Source: Halocafeteria seosinensis (lineage: Eukaryota). From it: a stretch of DNA of 64,000 bases. Below, in pieces: positions 39,701 to 51,700 of this stretch. The DNA is taken from the NCBI GenBank assembly GCA_001687465.1, contig LVLI01000308.1:1-64000 (forward strand), given 5' to 3'. Numbering within the stretch: position 1 is the stretch's first letter; every line of letters starts with the position of its first letter. A program made the translations under genes and the position numbers. A model generated the notes under the pieces. It saw only the letters and a list, made by a program, of their open reading frames with translations. It ran no database searches and was not told the DNA's origin.

Positions 39701-42700
39701 ACGGTCTTTCTGGAACTGGCAAAGCGGGAGGGGGGAGTGGAGGCAGTGTAACAATCAAAACCAGTATGCTGAAAGGGAACGGTAGCGTTCAGGCGAACGG
39801 AGGAGGCAGTTGGGGCGCTGGCAGTGGGGGTAGAGTCATTGTAAACACTACCTTTACCCCCTCGTTAGGTACCGTTACGGCTTACGGTGGCAGTGGAGAG
39901 TATCCTGGAAGTGCAGGGACTGTACTCGTCCTGACCTCAAACCAACATTATGTGCTTGTTGACAACGATGGTCTTGATACCGGGGACGTCTCTACAGAGC
40001 AGTTCACCCGGCTCGCTCCCTCTTCTAGGAAGGCTTTTGACCTAGATAGGGTTGTCATAACGGAGCATGCGAAACTTGTCGTTGATAGTGATCAAATTAA
40101 TCAGGAAGTAAGTTTCCTAGGAAATCTGGAAATGGATGAAGCCTTCCTACTTCTCAATCGCAGCAGCTTCGCGTTTGGTGGTAATGTTACTCTACGGGGG
40201 AGTCGAGTTAAACTATCAGATGTCTCTGGAATATCGTCGGCAAGGATGGCTCTTAATGATGTGTCTCAAGTTACTTTTTCAAATCCGTCGACTGAAGGCC
40301 TCACTCTTACAATAGGAGTGACATTTACGATCTCCTCGACATCGACATTCGTTGGTGATGGACGAGGTTTTGCTGGTACCGACCATAACGTGGATTTAGG
40401 CTGTCCCTTGTCCGTGGATGGTTCTGGAGGGAGTTACGGAGGACAAGGTGGTTTGGATGGCTCTACCCCGTGTGGTTCTTTTGACAATGTCTTGGAGAAG
40501 GGCAATCCAGGAGGTAGTTCGCCTACCTCCGATGGTGGCTCCGGAGGGAACAGTCTGCTGGTGAAAGTGACGAGCCGTATGGGCCTCGCTTCAGTGTCGG
40601 GACGAATCAGTGTCGATGGCGCGACGGGTAACTACGACGTTGAAAACGGCGGAACAGGTGGAGGAAGCGGTGGTAGTATGACCATTGTTGCAGCACGCTT
40701 AGAGAACCAAGGTGTCATATCAGCTTCCGGCGGTGATGGCGGAGGTAAAGATACGGCTAAGCCAGGTGGTGGAGGAGGTGGAGGCCGGATTACAATTTCG
40801 ACAGCCTCAGAGACTGTAAATGGCACAATTGAAGCTTTGGGAGGTCGGGGTTCTAGTACTAGACATGTTGGAGGTGCTGGTACCGTGACCTACCGTCGGT
40901 TAAGTACTGACCAGTTCGAAGATCCACTAACCGCCCTACCGGAGGCGATTTGGCAAACAATCCAGATTGATAACGCACTGGAAGGCTCGGCTGAACCATT
41001 TGACCAAACGGATGTTGCCATCTCGCGTCTGAGTGTTCCTGAACATTTAACTTATCAGGTGTCCGCTATTAAGGTCACAGGTTCCTCTCACCTGGAGATT
41101 GTGAGCGACCACAGCGAGGTGGGTGGCGATCTAATCGTCGAGCCTATATCGTTTTTACGTTTAGAAGGCGAGAAAAACGGTTCAATCATTTTTAATGGTA
41201 CTGTGAGTTTATTTGATCAGTCTTTCACGCAGCTGATTGACATTGATACGTTGAATGCGCTCTCCTTCATGATGCAAGGCTCTGCACAGGTACAGATAAT
41301 CAACAGCGACGGAGCTCATGTCTCCATCCGAGCTGAGGACACGATTGAAGTTTCAAAGTATTCGGTTATGAATGGATCCGAAAAAGGGTTTGCAGAGGAA
41401 CGAGATTCAGACTGTTTAGTACTGGATACAACGGAATCGGTGTTGTTTGCTGGGGCCAGCAACGGAGGACGTGGTGGTGGCAGCATAGTGTCTGCTTGTG
41501 GGAGCTTTGATCGACCTACCCGCTCTGGTAATGGAATCATAACCGGCGGCAGAGGTGGCGGAGCGATACACCTCGTTTCTGGTTCCTCGATTATTGTTGA
41601 TGGGGTGATAGATGTCAATGGCGGAAACGGGAAATCCAGTGGCGGTGGAGGCGCAGGAGGAAGTATTTTCCTGGAAACAACAGTGTTTAATGGGTCTGGG
41701 ACCCTTAAAGCGGAAGGGGGGGATGGACTAGATGATATAGCTGGTGCTGGTGGCGGTGGGCGCGTAGCAACATCTGCTACTTTCGATTGGTTCAGTGGTA
41801 CAATTCTGGTTTTTGGCGGCTCCGGGCGTGCGCCCGGCGCTGTTGGTACAATTGCTAAGGACTTGGTACTACAAGAAGGTCTTCAGAGGACCGTCATCAT
41901 CGACAACGGGTACCGGGGTTCAGCAGACGTCCCAGCGACGCTGCTGACTGGTATACCAAGAGATCGCTACCTTGTAGGCAATCTTATTGTCGAGAACCGC
42001 GGTAGCCTTACTATCCCTACTGTCGCTGGAACAACGTTTCAAGTGGTTGTCGATGGCTCTGTGATGGTTTCCGAGAACAGCTCCATGCACTTAGGAATTG
42101 CAGGTCACGACCAGCAGAAACATGGAACAGTGCATTTCTATGGCAACGTAACAATAGGAAATTCAAGTCTAGTACTCTTCAATGCTCCTGTGGATCTTAC
42201 GGGTGATAATTTGAAACTGCTTCCTTCGGCTCTGCTCACAGTAGGGCGGCTTTTGCTTGGACCCAGGATGGTATTTTCTTCTTCAGTTATCATCCGAACG
42301 GGAGCTCACATTGACTTAGATGGGAAAGGCTTTGCGGCAGGAGAAGCTGATGTGCTCGAAGGTTGTCATCCCGCAGAAGCAGTTGGCAGGGGTGGACAAG
42401 GCGGGAGTTACGGAGGTCGTTCACTGAATGGCCCGCCCGCATGTGGAAGTTTTGACGAGGCCAATATTTTTGGTGCTGGAGGGGCTAGTTTTCAAACGAA
42501 CAGCGGAGGCAATGGTGGTGGTCTAATTAGCGTAGTGTCCAATGAAACCGCGTCATCGTTCATCCAAGTTGACGGTTTGATTACCTGTGATGGCCAGCCG
42601 GGGGAAGCTAACACTGGTGGCGGGTCGGGTGGAAGCATGCACTTGATAGCGCGCAGTTTGCGCGGTAGTGGCATGCTAACAGCCAACGGGGGCCGCGGAT

Positions 42701-45700
42701 TCTATGCTGGAAGTGGAGGACGTGTTGTGATTGACAGTTTGTCGACCGAAGAGTTTGTAGGAGCTATCTCTACCTTTGGAGGTGGCGGTGACGCTGCAGG
42801 CAGCGCTGGCACCGTTTTTGTTGTCAATGGGTCGAGTCGGGTGTCGATAATCGATAACAATGGCCTGTCTACCGGAGACGTCAATGACCGAAGATTTTCT
42901 TCCCTTGGACCGTCTACGCGAACTGGTTTCAATACTGATGTAGTTGTTCAGAATTCGGGGAAATTTGGTTTACTTAAGTTGCAAACGGAAGTTTATAGTC
43001 TGGGTAGCCTGACTGTCCTGGACGAGTCAATCACTCTGTTGTCTTCGAATTCATCTTCCGAAGTATCATTCGGGGGAAGCGTCTCAATTCGCAATTCTGG
43101 GTTGCTACAACTCAAGGATATCACCACACTTGGAGGGAAGTCTTTGAGTCTTTCGGGGGAAGCACGAACCCGGTTTGATAACCCGTCCAGTGTGGGGACC
43201 TTCATTCACGTGGATGATGACATCGAAGTGAGCCGGTCGGCATCAATAGATGGCACCGGTGCAGGGTTCCCTGGCGGAGGAGCCAATTTGTTACAGCAAT
43301 GCTCTGCTGCTGCAAGTGGCAACGCTGGTGCTGGAGGGAGTTTTGGAGGAACTGGAGGAATAGGAGGTTCGGAAGCCTGTGGCCGTTTTGATGAAGCGTT
43401 CGCTAAGGGAAACGGTGGAGCAGTCTCTTCCTCCGGAGGTAGTGGTGGAGGCGGTATGAAACTAGTTGCGGAAATCGCAAAGATATATGGGTCCATTTTG
43501 GTTGATGGTACACCCGGCGTGAACAGCAACGACAGTATTGGTGATGGCGGTGGTGGTGGAAGTGGAGGCGGCATCGAGTGGTCGTGCACTACTTTGGAAG
43601 GACATGGTACCTTCTCCGCTTCCGGAGGCCGCGGGGGCATCTCCGCGGACCTAGAACTTAGCGGTGGTGGTGGTGGTGGTGGACGTATTGTTCTTAGTGT
43701 GGCAAACAGGGATGGCTTCAATGGTTCCGTTCGTGCGTTTGGGGGTGGTTCTGAGACGGAGATGGGTTATGGCGCGGCAGGCACTATTACATGGCAAACC
43801 TTGTCCTTGTCCGAGGTTCATATTAGCAACAATGCTACGTTCATGCCTCCTTTGGTGAATTCACATGTGGCACACACTCGATTGGCAGCTCCGGATGCCC
43901 CCTTCTATGATGTCAGTTTGATAGAGGTTGCAAGTAACGCTCGCCTAAAAGTGCTGTTCGAAGGTTTAGACAATGTGAATGTGACTGGAACATTCAAAAT
44001 CTCGCGAAATTCCTTGGTTGAAGTGGATTGCGCAAACTGCTCTCACAAAACACCTGCTCTGCTGTCACTGGGTCGAGATATTATCGTTGATCCAACCGGG
44101 CACCTTCATTTATCTGAGGTTTCTCAGCTGATGTCTAGAAACCTGATAGTTGAGGAAGAAGGGTTACTCACCACAACCAATGCGTTCACAGAAAAACTCC
44201 GCATAGTTCTTCAAGACTCTGCCTCCATCGCCGAAGGTGGTACAATTGATGCTAGCGGACGTTTTGCTACATCTATACCTCCGGTTAATGGTTGCGATGT
44301 GGCGGGGGAATTCAGTGGTGGCAGTCACGGAGGCTATGGTGGTCTGAGCTCCTCCGCTCCCTGTGGTGACTTTAGAAGACCGTCCTTCCGCGGAGCAAGC
44401 GGTGGCCCTGACAATACTTCCAATTTTGGTGCTCCCGGTGGTCATTCGATTGAGATAGTGGGTGACTCGATATTATTGGATGGCCAACTGACAGCTAATG
44501 GTCATGCTGCCACCGGAAACTCCTCTGCTGGAGGTGGAGCTGGAGGGAGCATTATACTAAGAGCACACTTACTCAGTGGCTCAGGGAGTATAACAGCTAA
44601 TGGAGGCAAAGGTGGTAAGATGTTTCCGGCTTCATTGTCTGGTGGCTCAGGTTCAGGAGGCCGGATAGGTATATTTGCTGACAGTTTCATGACTTACGCT
44701 GGAACTCTTCGTGCAGTTGGTGGCTCTGGAGCTTTTCCGGGAGCAGCCGGCACTGTTTTCCTGGAGTATATTGTTGAGCAGGAGAGTGTTCTTGAATCGC
44801 GTTTGCTCGTGGACAACGAATTCATTGCGGAAAGTAGCTTAGCGAAACCCTTCCGAACTGTCGCATTTGTAGACGAGGGTCCTGAGTTTTCTCACCTGGA
44901 TGTACTCAAGATAACGGGAGGTAGTACTTTCTCGTTTGCTCCCCAAGATTTTATTGATGCGTTTGTTCAAGCCACAGTATCCACCGTTCTGTCGGACGGC
45001 TCTTCGATCTTTTTCATACAGAACTATACGAGCGTATCAGTCACCGGGGGACAGCCTTTTAATCTCAGCCACCCTGGATTTGAATTCGAAGTCCTTAACG
45101 ATCCCTTATCTGTCTGGACTGTGAATCAATGGCAGCTCCGCTGGTTTGCTCCTAGTGCTCTACTAGAACATCTGAACATAATTGCTGATGGAAATTCTAT
45201 ACTGTCGCTTCCTTCGAATGTGACGCTATCCTCCTCGGAGCTGATGATCAGCGGATCACTTGGGGGCGTGAACACGCTAATCTTGACAAATTCTACTCGC
45301 TTTGTATTTTCGGACCACTCACAAACCCTGTCCCTAAAACCCCGTCATTACAAAGTCCCAAGTCTTATTTTGACGGACGCAGCCTCACTGGTGTTCCATT
45401 CCATGGATGAACTGGATTCTGATTTCTTGTACTTGTTAGATGCTTCCAGCATTCGAGTAATGGGAACTGCTATCAGGCCACATGTTTCGTTAGCCCGACA
45501 TATGTTTGTGACTCAGGGCTCAGCACTGATTGTAGACGGAGGCGGATATCCGCAGGGCTCTGCAGATCCCTTCAGTGACTGCTCAGTGGCCGCTCTGCAA
45601 AACGGAATTCCAGCTGGTGGCACGTATGGCGGTGTAGGCGGATTTGCAGACGCGTTACCATGTGGAAGCTTCCGGCATCCTTTCCTCCCTGGAGCTGGGG

Positions 45701-48700
45701 GAGCATCGGGCAACATTACTGGTGGCTTCGGAGGTGGTTCCTTGTCCATTACATCAAGGAAGGACGACGAAATAATATCGCTATTGGAAGTAGATGGGTC
45801 CATTACGTGTGATGGACAGAGTGGGAGCAATAGTTCGTTTGGTGCCGGAGGTGGTGGTGCCGGGGGCACTGTTTTTATCTCAACGTCCATGGTTACGGGG
45901 AGTGGAATTATTTCTGCCGCTGGTGGAGATGCTGGTGCTGGGGCCGTCGCTGGTGGTGGTGGTGGTGGTAGAATTGCGCTGCACACAGATACCCGTCACT
46001 ATCATGGGTCATTGAATGTCCGAGGCGGTATGGGCGTAGAATCCGGTGGCACGGGAACTGTCTTCAAAACCGGATTTCTGTCTGATGAAAACGATGAGCT
46101 TATATTCAATGGAATGACGGGGTCCGGTACTCGCTCTGTGTTTACCAGAAGTATTGCGGATCTTTTGCACCTTAGTAGAATATCAGTACAGAACAATGCT
46201 GTCTTGTATGTAGATGTTCCCTTACGAGACAACAGTTTGGTACTGAGATCGTTAAGGGTAGTCAATGATTCCACACTGGTGTTTCGTCGGCAGACGGAAA
46301 ATGCAGAAGGAATCCGAGTGAAGCTAAACGGTAGTCTGCATGTTTCTCGTGCATCTAAGGTCTCACTGGAAGAAGTTACTTCTCTAGAGTCTTACAGTGT
46401 TACTATCAGTGACTCAAGCTCGATTATCTTCCGAAATGACCTGACGGAGGGTTTGCACTTATTTGCTGAACAGGATTTGCGCCTGGATTCGTCGTCTGTA
46501 TTGGAAGGTGTACCTACATCCCGCCAGTTTTTACCGGAGACTATATGTGCATCGCCAATGCGCTCTGAAGTAAATGCGGCCTGCAATCAAATTGGTGGAA
46601 GTCATGGCGGTGTCGGTGGTTGCTCGCGAATAGCTTTCGGTTCGCCGTACCGGCCTGTTTCTCAAGGTCAAGGCTCAAGCAATGCTAGCTCCCAAAGCGG
46701 TGGCCGCGGCGGGAATGCATTTAAGGCGAGCGTGCATAGAACAGTCGTCAACGGAGTCTTGAAGTGTACCGGAGAGCCGTCGCAGACGTTCGGAGGTGGA
46801 GCCGGTGGCTCCATATGGATTGAGGCAGAGTCTATAATGGGTACTGGCGTTATAAGTGTCCAAGGTGGCGATGCGTCTAGTATCTTTGGTGCTAGCGGTG
46901 CTGGTGGCAGAATATCTCTGAATGCAAACACCCGTTTACCTCTGTCTCGCCTAATTACTAGCGGTGGGTCAGGAACTTATCCGGGAGCTGGCGGTACCGT
47001 CTTTGTGTCTCGTCGAGATCTCTCGAACGGAGTTGTACATGTTGCCGAGACCGTGGCGACTGAGTCTGAAGTGTGTGCGGAGGCGTTTACATTAGTTACT
47101 GCGCCAGAGTTTGATATTGAGGCGAAAGTGAACGTTCAAGGTTCCCCAGTCGTGCGAATTGTAAGCAGCCCTTGTCTTCCAGGCTTTCTGTCTGATGTGG
47201 CTTCTCACGGATCCTCGCAACTCATATGGACGTCGGATTCCGAAGATGCCCACGATTCATTCCTTCATGCGGGGTCGGTATCTCTTTCGGGTAACTCGTC
47301 TCTAAGGCTTCTTGAAATGTCATTCTTCCGTATAGAGCAACTTGCCCTATCCGATTCCTCGCTTCTCGAGTTTCGTGGGGTTAGGAAAGAGTTGTTTGAC
47401 CTTCAGGTGAACATTCTGAGAATTTCTCGTGGCAGTCGCATCCTCGGAGGGGGAAGAAGTTACAAGAGCCCCACCTTCCCGAAAATCTCTGATTGCATTT
47501 ACGAACCTGTGGAAAAGGCTGGAGGCTCCTATGGAGGCTATGGAGGCAACTCGCCGAACACGCCCTGCGGTTCCTTCATTGAGCCGACCATTCCTGGCAC
47601 CCCGATATCCGATAGCAAGGATATTCCAGTTGGAGGCATGGCTTTAGTGATATTTGGAGTTGGGCCCCACATCGAATACCAAGTGGATGGTTTGATAACC
47701 GTTGCTGGGGAAAGTGCCTTCCCAGGAGGCGCTTTTGGTGGCGGATCAGGGGGAAGTCTGTTACTAAACTCAACTCGATTGTCTGGGAAGGGAGCTATCA
47801 GCGCTGATGGCGGTGACTCCAATGAGCCGTTATCCGGAGGTGGGTCTGGTGGACGTGTTTCCATCCTTACGCACAACCTTACTGACTATAGTGGGAACAT
47901 CACTGCACACGGAGGGGCTGCCGAATCCCCTGGAGCTCCGGGGACGATTTATTATCAACTCTCTCAAAATGATGCTTTGTTTGCGGAGGCTTTGACGTCG
48001 CCCATGGTGATAAGCAATTCCACAAGGCGCGCCGAGAATTTCCTGGTGATTGATCAACCGTGTCCTGAGGGCGTATGTTCAGAGTCAACTCCAGCAACCT
48101 GGTTGAATTCCCCGTCCTCAGAGATAAAGGCTGAGCTTCTCGTTAAAGGAGGCGCATGGGTGCAAATCGGAAATTCCTCCAGAGAACTTATGTGTGATGA
48201 AATCATCGTCAATGGATCAGTCTTTGTTAGCGGGTATAGCACACTGTCGTTAGGTTCTTCAGCTGTGGATGGTGAATTCCCTGCGTACCGGATAACAGAT
48301 GGAATGAGTGTTTCGGAAACCGCCCAGGTAGTGCTGACTAAACTTCACCGGCTGCGTGTCTCGGATTTGTTCTTGACAGATACCAGTACCCTGTTCATCG
48401 AGAATGGGAACATACCTACCTTCCTCCTTGTGAATAATGCTGCTGAAATCGGGCTTAGTGCTGTTATGAGTTCAATCGGATATGGAGCAGGAGAAGCCGA
48501 GTTCGGTGAAGGCTGCGTCGCCGGTATTCCAGGAGACTTCGTTGAAGGGACTGGAGGTAGTTTTGGAGGTGCACCTTGTGGGAGCCCGACGTGGCCAACC
48601 ATCCGCGGTAGTGGTGGCGGAAGTACACATAACGGTACTGTCTCTGGGGGCACTGGGGGGGGTCAGATTGTGTTTGCTGTGAATGGCTCGGATACCTCCC

Positions 48701-51700
48701 GGTTGGTGGTTCACGGAAGCATTTCCGCTGATGGGATTAGTGGAGGTAGCGGAACCTTTGGTGGCGGCGGGGGCAGTGGCGGTAGCATCATTGTTGTCAC
48801 GCCGAATATTAGTGGATCTAAATCGGCGTCTATAACCGCAAACGGCGGAGACGGAGGGATAGGTACTGTTAAGAATGGGCGAGGAGGATCAGGGGGACGA
48901 ATGGCTGTGTATGTCGATTCCCTGGCTGGGTTCGAAGGGAGGTTTAGTTCTGCAGGGGGATTTTCGAACTCTGGTCCTGGGGTCTCCGGTACAAAGTTCT
49001 TTAACGTTAAAAGCTTGATCGGTGCTCCGCAGAGTGTAAGCGACTTCCAGTCCACCAGTGGTCGTCATGTGTCCTCCTGGGTAACCGTTAGCGATCCATC
49101 TCGGCAAGCTTCTAATGCGGAGCGGCATACTTGGTTGGGAAAGCCGACCCGTGGTTTCGCTATTGACCTTGTACATTTGGAGCAAAATGCTTCTGTCGTA
49201 GCAACAGAACCACAATGGACGCTTGAGAGAAACCCAGTGGTAACACTGCGCTCGGTGATGCTGGAGGATGAAGCATCGTTCATTCTCCAACCGTTCTGGA
49301 GAGGTGACTCGCGGAACATTTCGTTCCATTTCGAGGGAGACTTGCAGGCATTTGACGATTCGTCTATACATCTCGATAATATCCGCACATGGAAGGTCGA
49401 TAGTGCCATGTTAGACGATCAGAGTTTCATTCGAGTTACTGGAGATCCGCATCTTCCATTCCTTATGAATGTGACCCGAAACCTGCGAATTGAACGCGTA
49501 GCCCGCATAGATGCCTCCGGAACTGGACATATGAGCAATTTAGCTGCGCGCGCGGAGGGTTGCGCCCCTGTTGCCCCTCAATCCGAGGCCGGAGCAGGCG
49601 GGAGCTACGGGGGCTTTGGTGGTTTGTCACTTGGGATGCCGTGCGGAGACTTTCGTGCTCCGACGGTCTTTGGTAGTGGGGGCGGCAGTGGTAACAGAGG
49701 TAATGCTGAGGGTGGGACAGGTGGGGGAGCGCTTCGAATAACTGTGAAAGGAAGTGCAAACATAGATGGCAACATTACTGTGAATGGGCTGTCGGGCGAA
49801 GCAAGCGCTTATGGTGGTGGCGGTGGAAGTGGAGGGAGTATCATCCTTCAAGCTGTCTCTATCGAAGGACAAGGCCTAATAAACGCTAATGGTGGCAGTG
49901 GTGGTGAAGGCCTCCGACGAGACGGTGCTGGGGGATCCGCGGGTAGAATCGCACTCTTTACGCAGAGAGTCTCTCCAGAATTGGGTGTAGTTGCACACGG
50001 AGGGACTGGGTCAGCCAATGGAGCTGCTGGTACCGTGTTTTTCTCGGATGAATTTTACGCTACCAATGCAACCAGGAAGTTGTTCGTAGACAATATGGGT
50101 ATTGACAGTCCAAGCACCACGCTCCTAGAAATATCGTCAACGGGTGGCGTTGTTAGTGTTGAGCAGATGTCAATATTTGGTTACGCCAGTGCCGTCATTG
50201 CACCTGCCGCGGACAGTAGCTTACTTGTGCTAGGTAGTTTTGTCGGTGACGGCTCCGGGGAAGTATCAGTAAACAGAGGTATCACAGTTGCAGTCGCAAC
50301 GCATGCTTTACAAAGGGATCCCAGCGACAGACGTATAAGTTTTGGGAACGGAATATTTAGTTCAGTGGCGTATATGTCTTCAAACTATGCCCTGGAGAAT
50401 CTCAAGCTTACCGTAGAAGATGGATCCTCGATGCTATTCCCCGATGAGCTCAGTATGCGGAAATCAATGATGATAGTCGATGGGATTATTAGGGGGATGT
50501 ATCAACCCTCCATCGGGGCCCAGGCGTCACTGGTTTGTTCGGACAGGGGATCCGTGAACAGCGTCATAGGAGGGGTGTATAACTTTTCTGCGGTGACAGT
50601 ATTTGGCTATGGGTCGCTTGGGTTCGTTGGTGTATCTGAAGTATTCGTCGACCGGCTGTTCGTGTTTTCTACTGCAATGATGCGTGTGGAGCACTCTAGC
50701 CGTGCTCCTACCCGGATCATGGTTACCAAGAGAGTCTCTATCTCCGCAGGGGGTGTACTAAATGCTTCAGCCGGGGCAGACATCGAGGCACTTGCAGCTG
50801 ATAATCTTATATCCTCTGGAGGTACACACGCGGCTATCGGTGGAGCTTCAAGCGCTCCCGCTTTTGGTGATGCTTTCATGCCCCTTGCTCAAGGAGGTAA
50901 TGCGTTTAATGCTACGAAGTCTACAGGCAGAGGTGGTGGGGCGATACACATCAGGGGGATAGGCATGGCAACGTTGCTTGTTGACGGTCAAATTGTTGCA
51001 GACGGGTCAGTTGGTATAGATGACGTGGGGGGTGGAGCTGGAGGATCAGTGCTGTTGGAGCTGGCGTCGGTGTCAGGAGCTGGTTCTGTGTCTGCCAACG
51101 GGGGTTCTGCTGAAGACGCCGGTGCAGGGTCCGGGGGCCGTATTGCACTTTTAACCTCACAAAATGCGTTCGCTGGCTCTCTTACTGCATTCGCTGGTGC
51201 GGCGGCGAGTGGCAGGCGAAGTGGAGCAGGTACTGTGTATATTGAAGCGTTGAACGCGACAGAATACCGAAAGATGGCAGTGGTCTCGGATGAGTTTTCA
51301 GAAGCTGATACTTACGTATTTTTGAATACTCATGTATGGAGGCGCTTTGATGTTTTAGAGACAAAAAATGGCGGTTNTCTGCTTTTCGCATCAAACGATC
51401 CGTTTGGACGGGACTTTGTAATCTCCGTGGATGAATTGGATGGAGATATGAGTGGTAGTGTGAAAGTATCGTCCGATGTGACCCTCGCAGTGGAGGATAA
51501 AGACTCAACGAGACAGAGGAACTCTTCTGCAATCACTCGCTTGGATAGTACGTCAACGCACACAATTGTATATCAAGAAGAAGTTGTGGCTTTCAATCGG
51601 CGAATAAACTCGACAAATATCTTCGTCGGTGCAAACGCGACGCTGACATTACCGAAAGTTTTGCACCTGTGTAACGTCACCGTTGAGAGCGACGGGGTAG

